This document shows, piece after piece, positions 18,275 through 27,838 of a stretch of 64,000 nucleotides of DNA. Made by a program: the position numbers and the translations under genes. The notes beneath the pieces were generated by a model. That model saw only the letters and a program-made list of their open reading frames with translations. It was not told the DNA's origin and made no database searches. Positions within the stretch are counted from its first letter, which is position 1. Each line of letters begins with the position of its first letter. Source of the stretch: a virus (lineage: Duplodnaviria > Caudoviricetes); the IMG/VR virus record IMGVR_UViG_3300047321_000298, positions 96,001 through 160,000 of that record, one strand, 5' to 3'.

Positions 18275-20818
18275 ATGGCAAAGACTTCTACGACTCAAGC
18301 CTACGATAGTTCCTCGATTCAAACGCTGCGGTTCCCCGATGACATCCGTTCGTCGCCTGGTATGTTCATCGGATCAACAGACGGCTACGGCCTGTGGGTT
18401 TTGATTCGTGAGATGCTGGACAACGCGATTGACGAATTCCTGGCGGGCCGTGGCTCTTCCGTCCGGCTCCATGTTCAAGATGGCGAATACTGGGTACTGG
18501 ACGACGCGAACGGTATCCCGCAAGGTATTCAGAAACACGTCCAGCACATCAACGGCAAGGACGTGACGATCAAGACACCGACGATGCAAGCGGTGTTTGG
18601 TGAGTTGCACACGTCGGGCAAATTCCATTCTGAAGCCTACAAGATTTCGCGCGGTACTCATGGTATCGGCGTGAAGGCAACGAACGCACTGTCGAAGTTT
18701 CTGAATATCTTCACCTTCTACGAAGGCCAGTGGTATTCGATTGCGTTCAAGAAAGGCAAAATCGTTCAGGCAGTCGAGAAGTGCAAAGCCCCAAAGCTGT
18801 GGGATGGCTCGACCGCGACGCGCGGCACGCTCCTGCACATGGCTCCAGACCTCACGGTCTTCAGTGCGAAGTCGTTCCCCTCATCTCTGACTATCGAATG
18901 GGCAGAGATTGCGGCGCTTCTGAGCCCCGGTTTCAAGGTCGTCGTTTCCTCGCCAAAAGGCAAGAAAGAATTCTTCTCGGACAAGGGGCCATCAGAGTTT
19001 GTCACCCGGTTCATCGAGAAGCACAATCTGATGGGCGAGCGTCAGATGTTCGAGTACAAGTCAGAACTCGCAGACGTAATTATCGGATTCACGAACCACG
19101 ATGGCTGTAGCGTTCGCGGGTTCGTCAACGGCCTGAGTCAGGCGCAGGGTGGTAAGCACGTTGAATCTGTAACCGGCGCGCTCTATGCGGGCCTGAAGCC
19201 GTTTATCAAGACGAAGAAGGTCAAGGAAGACGGCAAGGTCAAGGAAGTCCCAAGCTTCAAGGAAGCGGACCTGAAAGAAGGGCTCGTGGGCATGGTCAAC
19301 ATGTACCTGCACAAAGCCACTTATTCATCGCAGGACAAAGCGCGCCTTTCTGATGATCGAGCAGGCGAGCCGTTCGAGCAGCTACTCGAAGTAGCGACGA
19401 AGAAATTCTTCCAGGACAACAAGGCGCTGGCTAATCGCCTGTGCGAACGCGCTGCGCAGATGAACGCGCTCAAGCAAAAGTTCACGCTGTCGAAGGCTGC
19501 GGCTAAGGCGCTCAACGGACTGCGCCGAAATGGTCTCCCCGCGAAGTTTGCATCGTGGGACCTGAAGACGAAGGCGCAAGACCGCGAACTGTACATCGTG
19601 GAAGGCGACTCCGCAGGCGGTACCGTCAAGAAAGCGCGTTTTTCGTATCAAGGCATTCTGCCGCTGAAGGGCAAAATCTTCAACGCGCTGAAGGACGCTA
19701 CAGGCAAGACGCTGGAGTCAGAGGAAATTCTGAACATCCTTGCGGCTATCGGCTACGACGTGAACGCGGCCGATCCGTATGCGAAGTTGCAAGTCGGCAA
19801 GATCGTCTGTCTGGCTGACCCGGACTCCGATGGCCCGTTCGTTGGTGAGACGAAGATTCGCGTTCGACGCGCAGATGACGGTGATCTGGGTGCTCAGCCT
19901 CACGAGGTCGAGATTCAGACGCTTGTAGGCGTCACGGGCGCTATCCAGTTCGAAGTTCCGGTCTGGACCGGCACGAAGGAAATCTGGGCATCGGCTACGG
20001 CCGAACTCGTGCGTCACGTTGACACGCTGGTAGCGCTCGAAATCGCGGGCACGAAATACAAGGTGTCTGAGGATCACAAATTCCTGGTGCATGCCAACAC
20101 ACCGGCTATGCGCGGTCGTCCCCAGGCAGCATCCAAGTTCGAAAATCTGGTGTTTGTGCGCGCGGCCGATCTGCATATAGGTGACCGTGTGTTCATGCCT
20201 TCGAACAACGGATCGCGCCAGCCGAACGAAGCCGACAAGTTCACGAAGCTTGGGTTTGCGCCAGTCTCGAAGCTGCGAATCCAGAAACTGTCAGAGCCGA
20301 TCCCGGTGTACTGCCTGCAGGTTCCGAACCATCACCAGTTCATTCTGCCGTCCGGAATCGTATCGAGCAACTGCCACATCAATTCGCTGCTGCTCGCGCT
20401 GTTCTACCGGTACCTGCCCGATCTGTTTGAGCGCGGAATGGTCTACATCGCTGACGCTCCGGAATTCTATTCTCTGTACAAGGGGCAACTCGTGTACGGC
20501 GATTCGCTGTCTGAAGTCCAGAACCTGCTGAAGAAGAAATGCAAGGCTCCGGATAGCACGGCGATTCGCCACGTCAAGGGGTACGGCGAACTGGATGAAG
20601 ACCTGGTGAAGATCATGGTCATGGACCCGAAGACGCGCAAGCTCATCCGGATCAAGGCAATCGAAACGGAGGACAAGGTGGAGTTCGCGTCACTTATGAA
20701 CGAAGACGTAGCGTATCGACGCAGCCTGTTGGGTTTGCCTGAAGACGCAGAAAGCGAAGAAAAAGTTTCGGCAAAGGCGAAGACAGCAGTAAATACGAAA
20801 GTGAAGGAGGCTGCGTAA
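18275..20818 (+). CDS. gyrB: type II DNA topoisomerase subunit B (GyrB/ParE-like), intein-containing
   Basis: GHKL motifs EMLDNAIDE, GTHGIGVKATNALS; TOPRIM IVEGDSAGG, PLKGKIFN, DPDSDG|CHI; RHVKGYGE. Confidence 0.95.
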   Translation: MAKTSTTQAYDSSSIQTLRFPDDIRSSPGMFIGSTDGYGLWVLIREMLDNAIDEFLAGRGSSVRLHVQDGEYWVLDDANGIPQGIQKHVQHINGKDVTIKTPTMQAVFGELHTSGKFHSEAYKISRGTHGIGVKATNALSKFLNIFTFYEGQWYSIAFKKGKIVQAVEKCKAPKLWDGSTATRGTLLHMAPDLTVFSAKSFPSSLTIEWAEIAALLSPGFKVVVSSPKGKKEFFSDKGPSEFVTRFIEKHNLMGERQMFEYKSELADVIIGFTNHDGCSVRGFVNGLSQAQGGKHVESVTGALYAGLKPFIKTKKVKEDGKVKEVPSFKEADLKEGLVGMVNMYLHKATYSSQDKARLSDDRAGEPFEQLLEVATKKFFQDNKALANRLCERAAQMNALKQKFTLSKAAAKALNGLRRNGLPAKFASWDLKTKAQDRELYIVEGDSAGGTVKKARFSYQGILPLKGKIFNALKDATGKTLESEEILNILAAIGYDVNAADPYAKLQVGKIVCLADPDSDGPFVGETKIRVRRADDGDLGAQPHEVEIQTLVGVTGAIQFEVPVWTGTKEIWASATAELVRHVDTLVALEIAGTKYKVSEDHKFLVHANTPAMRGRPQAASKFENLVFVRAADLHIGDRVFMPSNNGSRQPNEADKFTKLGFAPVSKLRIQKLSEPIPVYCLQVPNHHQFILPSGIVSSNCHINSLLLALFYRYLPDLFERGMVYIADAPEFYSLYKGQLVYGDSLSEVQNLLKKKCKAPDSTAIRHVKGYGELDEDLVKIMVMDPKTRKLIRIKAIETEDKVEFASLMNEDVAYRRSLLGLPEDAESEEKVSAKAKTAVNTKVKEAA
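19835..20371 (+). mobile_element. mini-intein (179 aa, no homing endonuclease) in topoisomerase B
   Basis: Interrupts DPDSDG|CHINSLLL; block A PFVGETKI, block B SEDHKFL, AADLHIGDRV, block F PVYCLQV, block G GIVSSN, +1 Cys. Confidence 0.9.
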
Positions 20819-20819
20819 C

Positions 20820-22286
20820 ATGGAACACATTCGCGATGAAACGCTGCGCGACTTCGGACGGCGCAACATGACTGTCTACGGTCTGGAACTGAACCTGAAG
20901 CGCTCGGTTCCGGACATCTACGATGGGTGGAAGCCTGTCCAGAAGCGAATCCTGTTCGCCGCCTCACAGCAGGAAAAGAAGTTCATCAAGGCCGCGCGTA
21001 TCGTGGGCGACACACTGGGCCGCTATCACCCCCACGGTGACCTGGCGATTTCGGATTCACTGGTTACGCTCGTGAACTCGTCAACGCCACCTGTGAAGGG
21101 TTCGGGTAACTGGGGCTCGCTGACGGATAACGCAGCGGCTCCGCGTTACATCGAGTGCAAGCTTTCGAATTACGGGCTGTCGTTCTTCGAGCCGAACTAC
21201 ATCCACAAGGAAGTAACGGACTTCGTGCCGAACTACGACGGCTCGGAACTGGAGCCGGTGACGCTTCCGGCGCGGTTGCCGAACGTGCTGCTGCAGAACG
21301 TGTTCGGTATCGGATACGGCATCACCACGGAGCTTCCTGCGTTCACGCACGAGTCGATGATCGGCGTTCTGAAACGGATGCTGACAGGTGAAAAGCTGGA
21401 AGCAAAGGATTTCGCAAAGTCCCTCAAACTCGCGTCGGGTTTCCATGAAATGATCATGCGGACCGACGAGAACAAGAAGGGCTGGCTCCAGATGTTCACG
21501 AGCCCGAAGGGGAAGCTGAAGTTCGAATCACCGCTGGATATTGATCGCGACCGCAAGACGATCCGGATTTCGGACTGGGGTCCGGACGTTGACGGGAAGT
21601 TCATCCTGACGTTCGTGGACAAGATTCGTTCGATGCCCGAATGTCAGCGTTGCTACAACTCGAAGGGCACCACCACGTACACGATTGAATGCCGCACGCA
21701 GTACAACTACGCGCAGTTCGATAAGTTCGTGGAGAAGGTCAAGGCGGCAACCCGCAACTCGAAGTCGTACAAGCTGAACGTGACGCGGCGCACCGCTGAA
21801 ATCGTGGACGGCAAGACGAACTTCAAGGTTGACTTCCTGGCGCTGTCGGTCCCCGACATGCTGAAGGAGTGGTTGAAGCTGCGGATCGAACTGGAACTGA
21901 AGAGCCTCCAGTATCAGATTCGAAAGATCGAGAAGGCTATCGCGTACTCGGAGCTTTTGATTTACGCAGCGGATCACGTGGACAACGGTGCCAAGGCTTT
22001 GAAGTCAGCCGACCCGAAGGCCACGCTGATGAAGCTGATGAAGATCAACGAGGCTGACGCGCAGACGCTGCTCAATCTGCGGTTTGTTCAGTGGTCAAAG
22101 CTGGATCAGTCCGCGATCAAGGAAACGCTCAAGGAGCAGCAGGCGCACCTCAAGCAGTTGACTCGTTGGTTGAAAAACCCGAAGTCAAAGGTGCTGCTGG
22201 ACCTTGATGAGATGACGCAGGTTTTGGCGGCCGACGCCAAGACTGAAGAGACCAAGAAGAAACAGAAATTGGTCGTCGTTGTTTGA
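20820..22286 (+). CDS. gyrA: type II DNA topoisomerase subunit A (GyrA/ParC-like, no CTD)
   Basis: SVPDIYDGWKPVQKRIL, YHPHGD, GNWGS, AAAPRYIE (catalytic Tyr); 488 aa. Confidence 0.95.
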   Translation: MEHIRDETLRDFGRRNMTVYGLELNLKRSVPDIYDGWKPVQKRILFAASQQEKKFIKAARIVGDTLGRYHPHGDLAISDSLVTLVNSSTPPVKGSGNWGSLTDNAAAPRYIECKLSNYGLSFFEPNYIHKEVTDFVPNYDGSELEPVTLPARLPNVLLQNVFGIGYGITTELPAFTHESMIGVLKRMLTGEKLEAKDFAKSLKLASGFHEMIMRTDENKKGWLQMFTSPKGKLKFESPLDIDRDRKTIRISDWGPDVDGKFILTFVDKIRSMPECQRCYNSKGTTTYTIECRTQYNYAQFDKFVEKVKAATRNSKSYKLNVTRRTAEIVDGKTNFKVDFLALSVPDMLKEWLKLRIELELKSLQYQIRKIEKAIAYSELLIYAADHVDNGAKALKSADPKATLMKLMKINEADAQTLLNLRFVQWSKLDQSAIKETLKEQQAHLKQLTRWLKNPKSKVLLDLDEMTQVLAADAKTEETKKKQKLVVVV

Positions 22287-22373
22287 TTTCGTGAATAGTG
22301 CGCGGCTCTAAGCGGCGCATCACAGGGCTAGTGGGGTTCCCAAAATATCCCACACATCTGATTGGAGTTTGAA

Positions 22374-22883
22374 ATGGGTAAGGCTGTTGCAATCGGTATC
22401 AAGAAGAAGCGCGCTGCGCAAGCTGCACTGAACGAAGAAATCCTGATGCACGCAGAACACGGCGCGGTTCGTGCGCTGTCTCTGGAAGTGGTCACGAATC
22501 TCAGCAACGTCAAAGAGACGCGTGTGCGCGCGATGATTCTGAACAACGGTGAGTCCGCTCTGCTAGCACTGACCGATCTGGAGCTACTGACCAAGCGCCA
22601 GTGGAAAGCGATCAAGGGCAAGGACGGGATCGAAGCAAGCGTTGCGCTGGACCAGCATCTATCGGCTGAAGCTATGAGGCTGCGGTTTTCTGACCTCGGC
22701 TTGCTGCAACCGTTCAAGATTGACGATTCGGGTGATGAGTTCATCAAGGTGGGTAACACCTCCGCGATTCTTGCACCCATCGTTCGGGGCACCTCGCTGT
22801 TCGTGCGTCTTGACCGTGACGACGCCCAAATCGGAAAAGTCCGTTTCTCGAAGTCGCAGGGCGTTTCTCTGATTACGCTGTAG
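22374..22883 (+). CDS. hypothetical protein
   Basis: GGAG RBS, 169 aa. Confidence 0.75.
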   Translation: MGKAVAIGIKKKRAAQAALNEEILMHAEHGAVRALSLEVVTNLSNVKETRVRAMILNNGESALLALTDLELLTKRQWKAIKGKDGIEASVALDQHLSAEAMRLRFSDLGLLQPFKIDDSGDEFIKVGNTSAILAPIVRGTSLFVRLDRDDAQIGKVRFSKSQGVSLITL

Positions 22884-22906
22884 CCAGCAGCCGTAACGAA
22901 TGCAAG

Positions 22907-22933
22907 AACGGGAGCCTTCGGGTTCCCGTTTTT
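22907..22933 (+). terminator. rho-independent terminator
   Basis: AACGGGAGCC-TTCG-GGTTCCCGTT-TTT. Confidence 0.85.
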
Positions 22934-22998
22934 CCATCGGCCCAGATTCACCCACTCCAATTTAAAAGTTCGGGGCCTGAAGAAATCTTCTGCGCTCT

Positions 22999-23006
22999 AG
23001 TAAATA
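22999..23006 (+). promoter_or_regulatory. AGTAAATA box
   Basis: Upstream of histone-like protein. Confidence 0.55.
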
Positions 23007-23073
23007 GAGAAGTGTAGGGGACAAAAAACCTACACGCTCAACCTAAACCCCTTCCTTATTGGATTGAAACAAA

Positions 23074-23547
23074 ATGGCAACTACCAAAGCAGCAGCACCG
23101 ACCGTGGACGTGGCAAAGCAACTGAAGACCGCCGCTGGCGTGTTCGCTTCGTCGCAAAAGGAACTCGCCCGCAAGGACAAGACGATCCTGAAGCTGCAAG
23201 CGCAAGTCGCGAAGCTCGAAGCAAAGAAGGCAGGCGCAGCGGCACCGGCAGCTAAGGGCGGCCGTAAGGCAGCATCGGCAGCCGACGCAGACGCACCGGT
23301 CGCAAAGCGCGTGAAGGCAGCCGCCGCACCGGCAGCAGCGCCGACCAAGCGTGGCCCGAAGGCAGCAGTTGCAGCACCGGTTGCGGCTGAGCCGAAGAAG
23401 CGCGGTCCGAAGCCGAAGGCAGCAGTTGCAGCAGCACCTGCAGCAGCCCCGGCAAAGCGTGGCCCGAAGGCTAAGGCAGTGGTCGAAGCCGCTCCGGTCG
23501 CGAAGAAGGGCAAGAAGTCGTCGGGTGATGACGATTTCCTGGTGTAA
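23074..23547 (+). CDS. Ala/Lys/Pro-rich histone H1-like protein
   Basis: Coiled-coil N-terminus, three KRGPK repeats, acidic-hydrophobic tail GDDDFLV. Confidence 0.8.
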   Translation: MATTKAAAPTVDVAKQLKTAAGVFASSQKELARKDKTILKLQAQVAKLEAKKAGAAAPAAKGGRKAASAADADAPVAKRVKAAAAPAAAPTKRGPKAAVAAPVAAEPKKRGPKPKAAVAAAPAAAPAKRGPKAKAVVEAAPVAKKGKKSSGDDDFLV

Positions 23548-23596
23548 CTCTCTGTCCGCATCCCAGCCGACACAGTAGAGATTGGAAGGGGATTAG

Positions 23597-24637
23597 TTGA
23601 CGATTGCTCATCTAATCCCCTTTCGTGCGTTTAACCCTGAAAAGTTTTCGACCGTGAAGAAAAACGAAGTCCGGATTGCAGATTCCAACTTTGATCGGCT
23701 CCAGGCGTATCGCGGCCTGACCATGAAGAATCAGTCGCAGATGTCGAAGCTGATTCCGATGCTCCAGGTCGGCGCTAAGAAGTCGCAGAGCGACGAAGAG
23801 ATTCAAGAGACGCTCAGCGCGCGGTTGGAGAAGCTGATGGATGCTCAGCTTGAGTTTCGCGAGAACACGCGGAAGCTCCGGACGATGGCGCGTGTCGATA
23901 CTCCACGGCAAATGAAGCGGCTGACTGATGGTCTGGAGTTCATACGGGAGTTGAAGTCCCGGAAGATCAACGGGTTGTCGAAAAGCCTGCGAATCCTGAT
24001 CAACGAGCTAACGAGCTTGCGGGAAGCGGTGTATCACCGTGAGATTGAGGGCGAAGAGGTCAGCCTGTCTCAACTGGATTTTGTTGAGGAAGAGTTCCAG
24101 CGCCTCATCAAGTCCACCCACACGCGGATCAGCGATCACGCAGCGGAGGTAGCTGGCACCTCTGTAAATGACCGTCTATTCTCCGATTCGATTGTTCAGG
24201 TCATCGCTGAGAATACGAACCTTGAAGCCCCTACGCTCGAAGGCAAGCCGTTCACGATTGGCCGCATGCCTGTAATTCCTGTGCCCGTGGCGTCGCTCTC
24301 GATTGCAACGCTCCAGTCGAAGGGATTCGATGTGACCCTCCTGGGTGACTACCCGATCATGAAATCGCAGTTGGTTCTGGGCATCGCCAAGGAACAGCTA
24401 GGTTTGACGGATAAGGAGAAGCTGCAGCCGGTGCCGCGCTCCCGGTTCGTGGCCGCCGCTCAGGAGATTCTGGTAACCCTGAAACGCGAAACGAAGCAGA
24501 AGCTGACGCTCGTCACGGACAAGCCCCACGGTCACAAGGGCGGCACGTGGTTCTGGTTGATGACGGACTCTGAACTCCAGAGTTTTATGGAAGCGTTCCC
24601 CGGCCGTAGCCTACAGCTACGCACGTGGGGTTTCTAA
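23597..24637 (+). CDS. hypothetical protein
   Basis: 346-aa ORF, TTG start with GGAAGGGG RBS. Confidence 0.75.
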   Translation: MTIAHLIPFRAFNPEKFSTVKKNEVRIADSNFDRLQAYRGLTMKNQSQMSKLIPMLQVGAKKSQSDEEIQETLSARLEKLMDAQLEFRENTRKLRTMARVDTPRQMKRLTDGLEFIRELKSRKINGLSKSLRILINELTSLREAVYHREIEGEEVSLSQLDFVEEEFQRLIKSTHTRISDHAAEVAGTSVNDRLFSDSIVQVIAENTNLEAPTLEGKPFTIGRMPVIPVPVASLSIATLQSKGFDVTLLGDYPIMKSQLVLGIAKEQLGLTDKEKLQPVPRSRFVAAAQEILVTLKRETKQKLTLVTDKPHGHKGGTWFWLMTDSELQSFMEAFPGRSLQLRTWGF

Positions 24638-24656
24638 TTCCCATCTGGAGTTTCAC

Positions 24657-25166
24657 ATGCAAGTAAACGAACTGCTGGTCATCCCGACCCAAGAGACGCT
24701 GGAATATCTGGCGCAGACGATGAGCGCGTGCCCGTTCGATATGGACCTGACCAAGGCACACGTCACGTTGAACATGTCGCAGTCTCCGATGGAGCCTGAC
24801 GCAGATCGACTGTATAAGGCCACGGCGGGCTCCCTGGGAATCTGGTACGACCAGTCAACCGGTTATTCCTCGTTGATCCTGCCGCTAGTGTCCGAGTCGA
24901 TGAACGCGCGTGTAGCGGAGCTTCGAGCCGACGCACCGTGCCCCTTCTACGGTGATCACTGGTTCGCCTTCATGGTTCTGGTCGCAGACTTCCCGCCGAG
25001 CAGCCGTAGATATTCGCGATTCATCAACTCCGTTAGCGACAGCCTGGCGATGGCGCAAAACGCACCGCTGTTCTTTGATGCCGAACTGGTGCGGACGACT
25101 GAGGTGCACGCCGTTCCATTCGCGGATTATTACGCTGCACAGCGGGCGCGGCAAGCGGGCGTCTGA
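24657..25166 (+). CDS. 2H phosphoesterase-fold protein, Acb1/T4 gp57B-like, second His motif degenerate
   Basis: KAHVTLNMS, LGIWYDQ, SLILPLVSESMNAR and size resemble gp57B as recalled; expected second HxT reads AFMVL. Confidence 0.55.
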   Translation: MQVNELLVIPTQETLEYLAQTMSACPFDMDLTKAHVTLNMSQSPMEPDADRLYKATAGSLGIWYDQSTGYSSLILPLVSESMNARVAELRADAPCPFYGDHWFAFMVLVADFPPSSRRYSRFINSVSDSLAMAQNAPLFFDAELVRTTEVHAVPFADYYAAQRARQAGV

Positions 25167-25168
25167 TC

Positions 25169-25621
25169 GTGGAGTCGATTTATCTGCCGCATTGCTGGGT
25201 GTGCAATGTCCGATTTACGGATGCTCGTCCACCGGGCCCCGCAAACCGAGAAGAGCACCATATCGTTCCACGGCAAGCAGGCGGCACTGATGGCCCCACA
25301 GTTTCTCTTTGTGACGGTCATCATGCCTGCCTGCATAAAATCGCGCTTCGTATTAAATCAAAGCGCCCGTATTTCGATTTAGTAACAGAAGAGCCTGACG
25401 AATCTAAGAGAAAGCTATATTGGCTCGCGACCGTGGTTTTTAATTCATTTGAAGCCACGCGCGACGATCCAAACAAAATCGTTATGTCGATGATGGCCTT
25501 AGACCGCAGGCAGCAATTGATGATCGAGAGGCTACGCCAGGTATATCCAAAGATACGTAGCCGCGAGGCTCTGCTCAACCTGGCGCTCGAATCCCTTTAC
25601 AAAAAACACTTCACGGAGTGA
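25169..25621 (+). CDS. HNH endonuclease
   Basis: CWVC...EEHHIVPRQAGGTDGPTVSLCDGHHACLH. Confidence 0.85.
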   Translation: MESIYLPHCWVCNVRFTDARPPGPANREEHHIVPRQAGGTDGPTVSLCDGHHACLHKIALRIKSKRPYFDLVTEEPDESKRKLYWLATVVFNSFEATRDDPNKIVMSMMALDRRQQLMIERLRQVYPKIRSREALLNLALESLYKKHFTE

Positions 25622-25624
25622 CCC

Positions 25625-25957
25625 ATGTTTCAAAACGGAGACATTCTTGTCGTGCACCTGGTTTCCGGCCAGGAAATTGTTACTCGGTTGCTGGAGCAAG
25701 AAGAAGGCGGGCTGCTTATTGAGGCACCTACATACCTGATGACCAGGGATGACCCTAAAGGGGGCGGGATCAGCGTAGGCTTCTCTCACTATCTTACTTG
25801 CGGAGATGTTCTGCCCCCGTTGAAACGTTTGCTACTTCCGTACCACGCAATCGTCCTTCCGCGCAAGGCTCCGGAAAAAATCGCTGAAGGGTACGTCAGA
25901 GCCACTTCCGGCATCGAAATCGCCCGGACAATGCCTTCTATCGTGCAACGGGCCTGA
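25625..25957 (+). CDS. small beta-rich (Sm-like?) protein
   Basis: VVHLVSGQEIVTRL pattern, 110 aa. Confidence 0.65.
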   Translation: MFQNGDILVVHLVSGQEIVTRLLEQEEGGLLIEAPTYLMTRDDPKGGGISVGFSHYLTCGDVLPPLKRLLLPYHAIVLPRKAPEKIAEGYVRATSGIEIARTMPSIVQRA

Positions 25958-26156
25958 CCCTAAAAACTCAGAGCGCATGAAATAGTTGTTTCGAGATGTT
26001 GCAGAGTTGAAACAAATTGTGTTGTCACTTTTTTGCTGTTATATTGACGCCTTGTGTTGAACACAAGTAGGGAATTCTTACCGAACACGGCGTACCCTGT
26101 CCCTGGCGTAGAGACCGCGCCAGGCATATCGAACTAACAACAAGCTTCGAAAAGAA

Positions 26157-26843
26157 ATGCAAAAACGTGATACGCTCGCGGGCGCTCCCCCGGCTGCATC
26201 GCTAACTGAAGGCTTCAAGTGCCGTGAATGCCTTCACTTCCAAAAATTCCCGCACTCGAAATATGAGCGGCCTTGCGAATTAGAAGGAATTTTGGGGACC
26301 GCTGTTGCTCCCCGCTGTTTTACTCCCGATGTCACGCTATTGACCGGCAATTCGGATCAATTCGTGCAGCTTGCGTCATTGTTTCAGAGTTACGACCATA
26401 AACAGCGTCGTGTGCTTCTGGCTTTGCTGCGGGAGAAAAAGAAAAGTTTTGTATTAGGCACGAAACTTTACTTTTATATCGGAGACGATTTTCTTTCGAA
26501 TTACCTTTCAGCATACGTCGCTGGTTACACCAGTGATGGTCGCCTGCTGCTGATCGGCAGTCCGGACCAGAAGAGCCGTGGCTCTTCCTTCGTGACGTTC
26601 ACCGACGACAAGTCGGATGGGCTGCTCACACACTCCCAGTGGAAACAGAAAAAAGCTTCGCTGCTCGAAGCTGGGCGCATCTACGACCCCTTGAACAAGC
26701 GCATCAAGAAAGGGTCTGTGCTTGACGACTACGAAGCACCGACCATCGATACGGTACCCGACTACGTCTACAACAAGGGCGAGCCTGGTGACCAGCCACG
26801 CCGACGAAAGTCCACTGACGAAATCTCGTTCCAAGTGTCCTGA
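26157..26843 (+). CDS. hypothetical protein with N-terminal Cys cluster
   Basis: CRECLHF...PC...RC, 228 aa. Confidence 0.75.
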   Translation: MQKRDTLAGAPPAASLTEGFKCRECLHFQKFPHSKYERPCELEGILGTAVAPRCFTPDVTLLTGNSDQFVQLASLFQSYDHKQRRVLLALLREKKKSFVLGTKLYFYIGDDFLSNYLSAYVAGYTSDGRLLLIGSPDQKSRGSSFVTFTDDKSDGLLTHSQWKQKKASLLEAGRIYDPLNKRIKKGSVLDDYEAPTIDTVPDYVYNKGEPGDQPRRRKSTDEISFQVS

Positions 26844-26871
26844 TTGATTCGCTAGCCGAAGGTTAAACAAA

Positions 26872-27825
26872 ATGTTGATGCGCAAATTTGGACTACCCGA
26901 GCACTTGATGGCACGGGTAGGCGGGGCGGTGTTTGCCTACCTTTTTTCGAGAATCGATCAGAAGCGACTGGTCGAGATAATCCGTGAGGACTGCCCGGAT
27001 GCAGAAGAACGAATCCTGGACGCTGTTCGTAAGTCCGGGTACCTGCTGATCAACTGCAAGTTGTACGCGTGGGCGTTCTATAAAGCACGCATGGGCAAAG
27101 GTGTAAAACCGGCTCCCGAAGCGTACGAAATCCGTCCGGTCGATGTCGCGTTTCTGTCGCGTATCAATCTGGCTCACGTCTCTCTGGACTTCCCGTCGTA
27201 CTCGCTGTCTGAATACCGCACGTTGGTCGCGGACGCGACGACGAGCAAGCCGATTCAGGAGTACATCGGCCGCTTCATCTCGAAGCGCATGACGTTCCTG
27301 ATCCGGAACTACGGTGTCAAGCGCGACGACCTGGAGCACGACATGATGCTGAGCGCGTGCCGCGCTATCCATATGGGCTATCCGCACTTCGAGTCGGAAC
27401 TGCACCTGCGGAACACAGCGAAGACCGCGATACACAACGAGGGTGAATCGAAGGTCACGTATTACACGGCACCGACCCGTCAGCGACTGGAGCGGAATGA
27501 CGATGGCGAATACACGTCCATCGAAGTGTCTACAGAGGAACTCGCTGAAGTCGAAGCGCAGACGAACTACCTGGATCACATCCGGGATCGGCTCGAAGGT
27601 CTCGTGCGCCTCTCGGAGCGGCTGGCACCTCAGGTGCAGCGCTTCCTGCTGGCATGCGCCGGACAGTATGACAAGGGGTTCTCGGACTTCCTGAAAACGA
27701 ACAATGCAGAAGCAGTAGAAGACATGGCGTATTCGCGCTACCTAGGTCAGGCGCGCGCCTACTTCGGCTACAGCCCGAACGACGTAAAGAAGCTGTTTAA
27801 CTCGCTTAGGACACAACTCGAATAA
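26872..27825 (+). CDS. putative phage RNA polymerase sigma-like factor
   Basis: RMTFLIRNYGVKRDDLEHDMMLSACRAI...HFESELHLRNTAKTAIHNE resembles sigma region 2 (DL.Q/..A../..IrN). Confidence 0.5.
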   Translation: MLMRKFGLPEHLMARVGGAVFAYLFSRIDQKRLVEIIREDCPDAEERILDAVRKSGYLLINCKLYAWAFYKARMGKGVKPAPEAYEIRPVDVAFLSRINLAHVSLDFPSYSLSEYRTLVADATTSKPIQEYIGRFISKRMTFLIRNYGVKRDDLEHDMMLSACRAIHMGYPHFESELHLRNTAKTAIHNEGESKVTYYTAPTRQRLERNDDGEYTSIEVSTEELAEVEAQTNYLDHIRDRLEGLVRLSERLAPQVQRFLLACAGQYDKGFSDFLKTNNAEAVEDMAYSRYLGQARAYFGYSPNDVKKLFNSLRTQLE

Positions 27826-27838
27826 AAGGGGGTGGGCC

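Noticed and set aside
20820-22286. GyrA as a truncated pseudogene
   Set aside because: The catalytic core is intact and the next gene follows normally; CTD-less A subunits are typical of phage type II topoisomerases.
25169-25621. HNH as an intron-encoded homing endonuclease
   Set aside because: Flanking ORFs are complete and are not two halves of one gene; no intron signatures.
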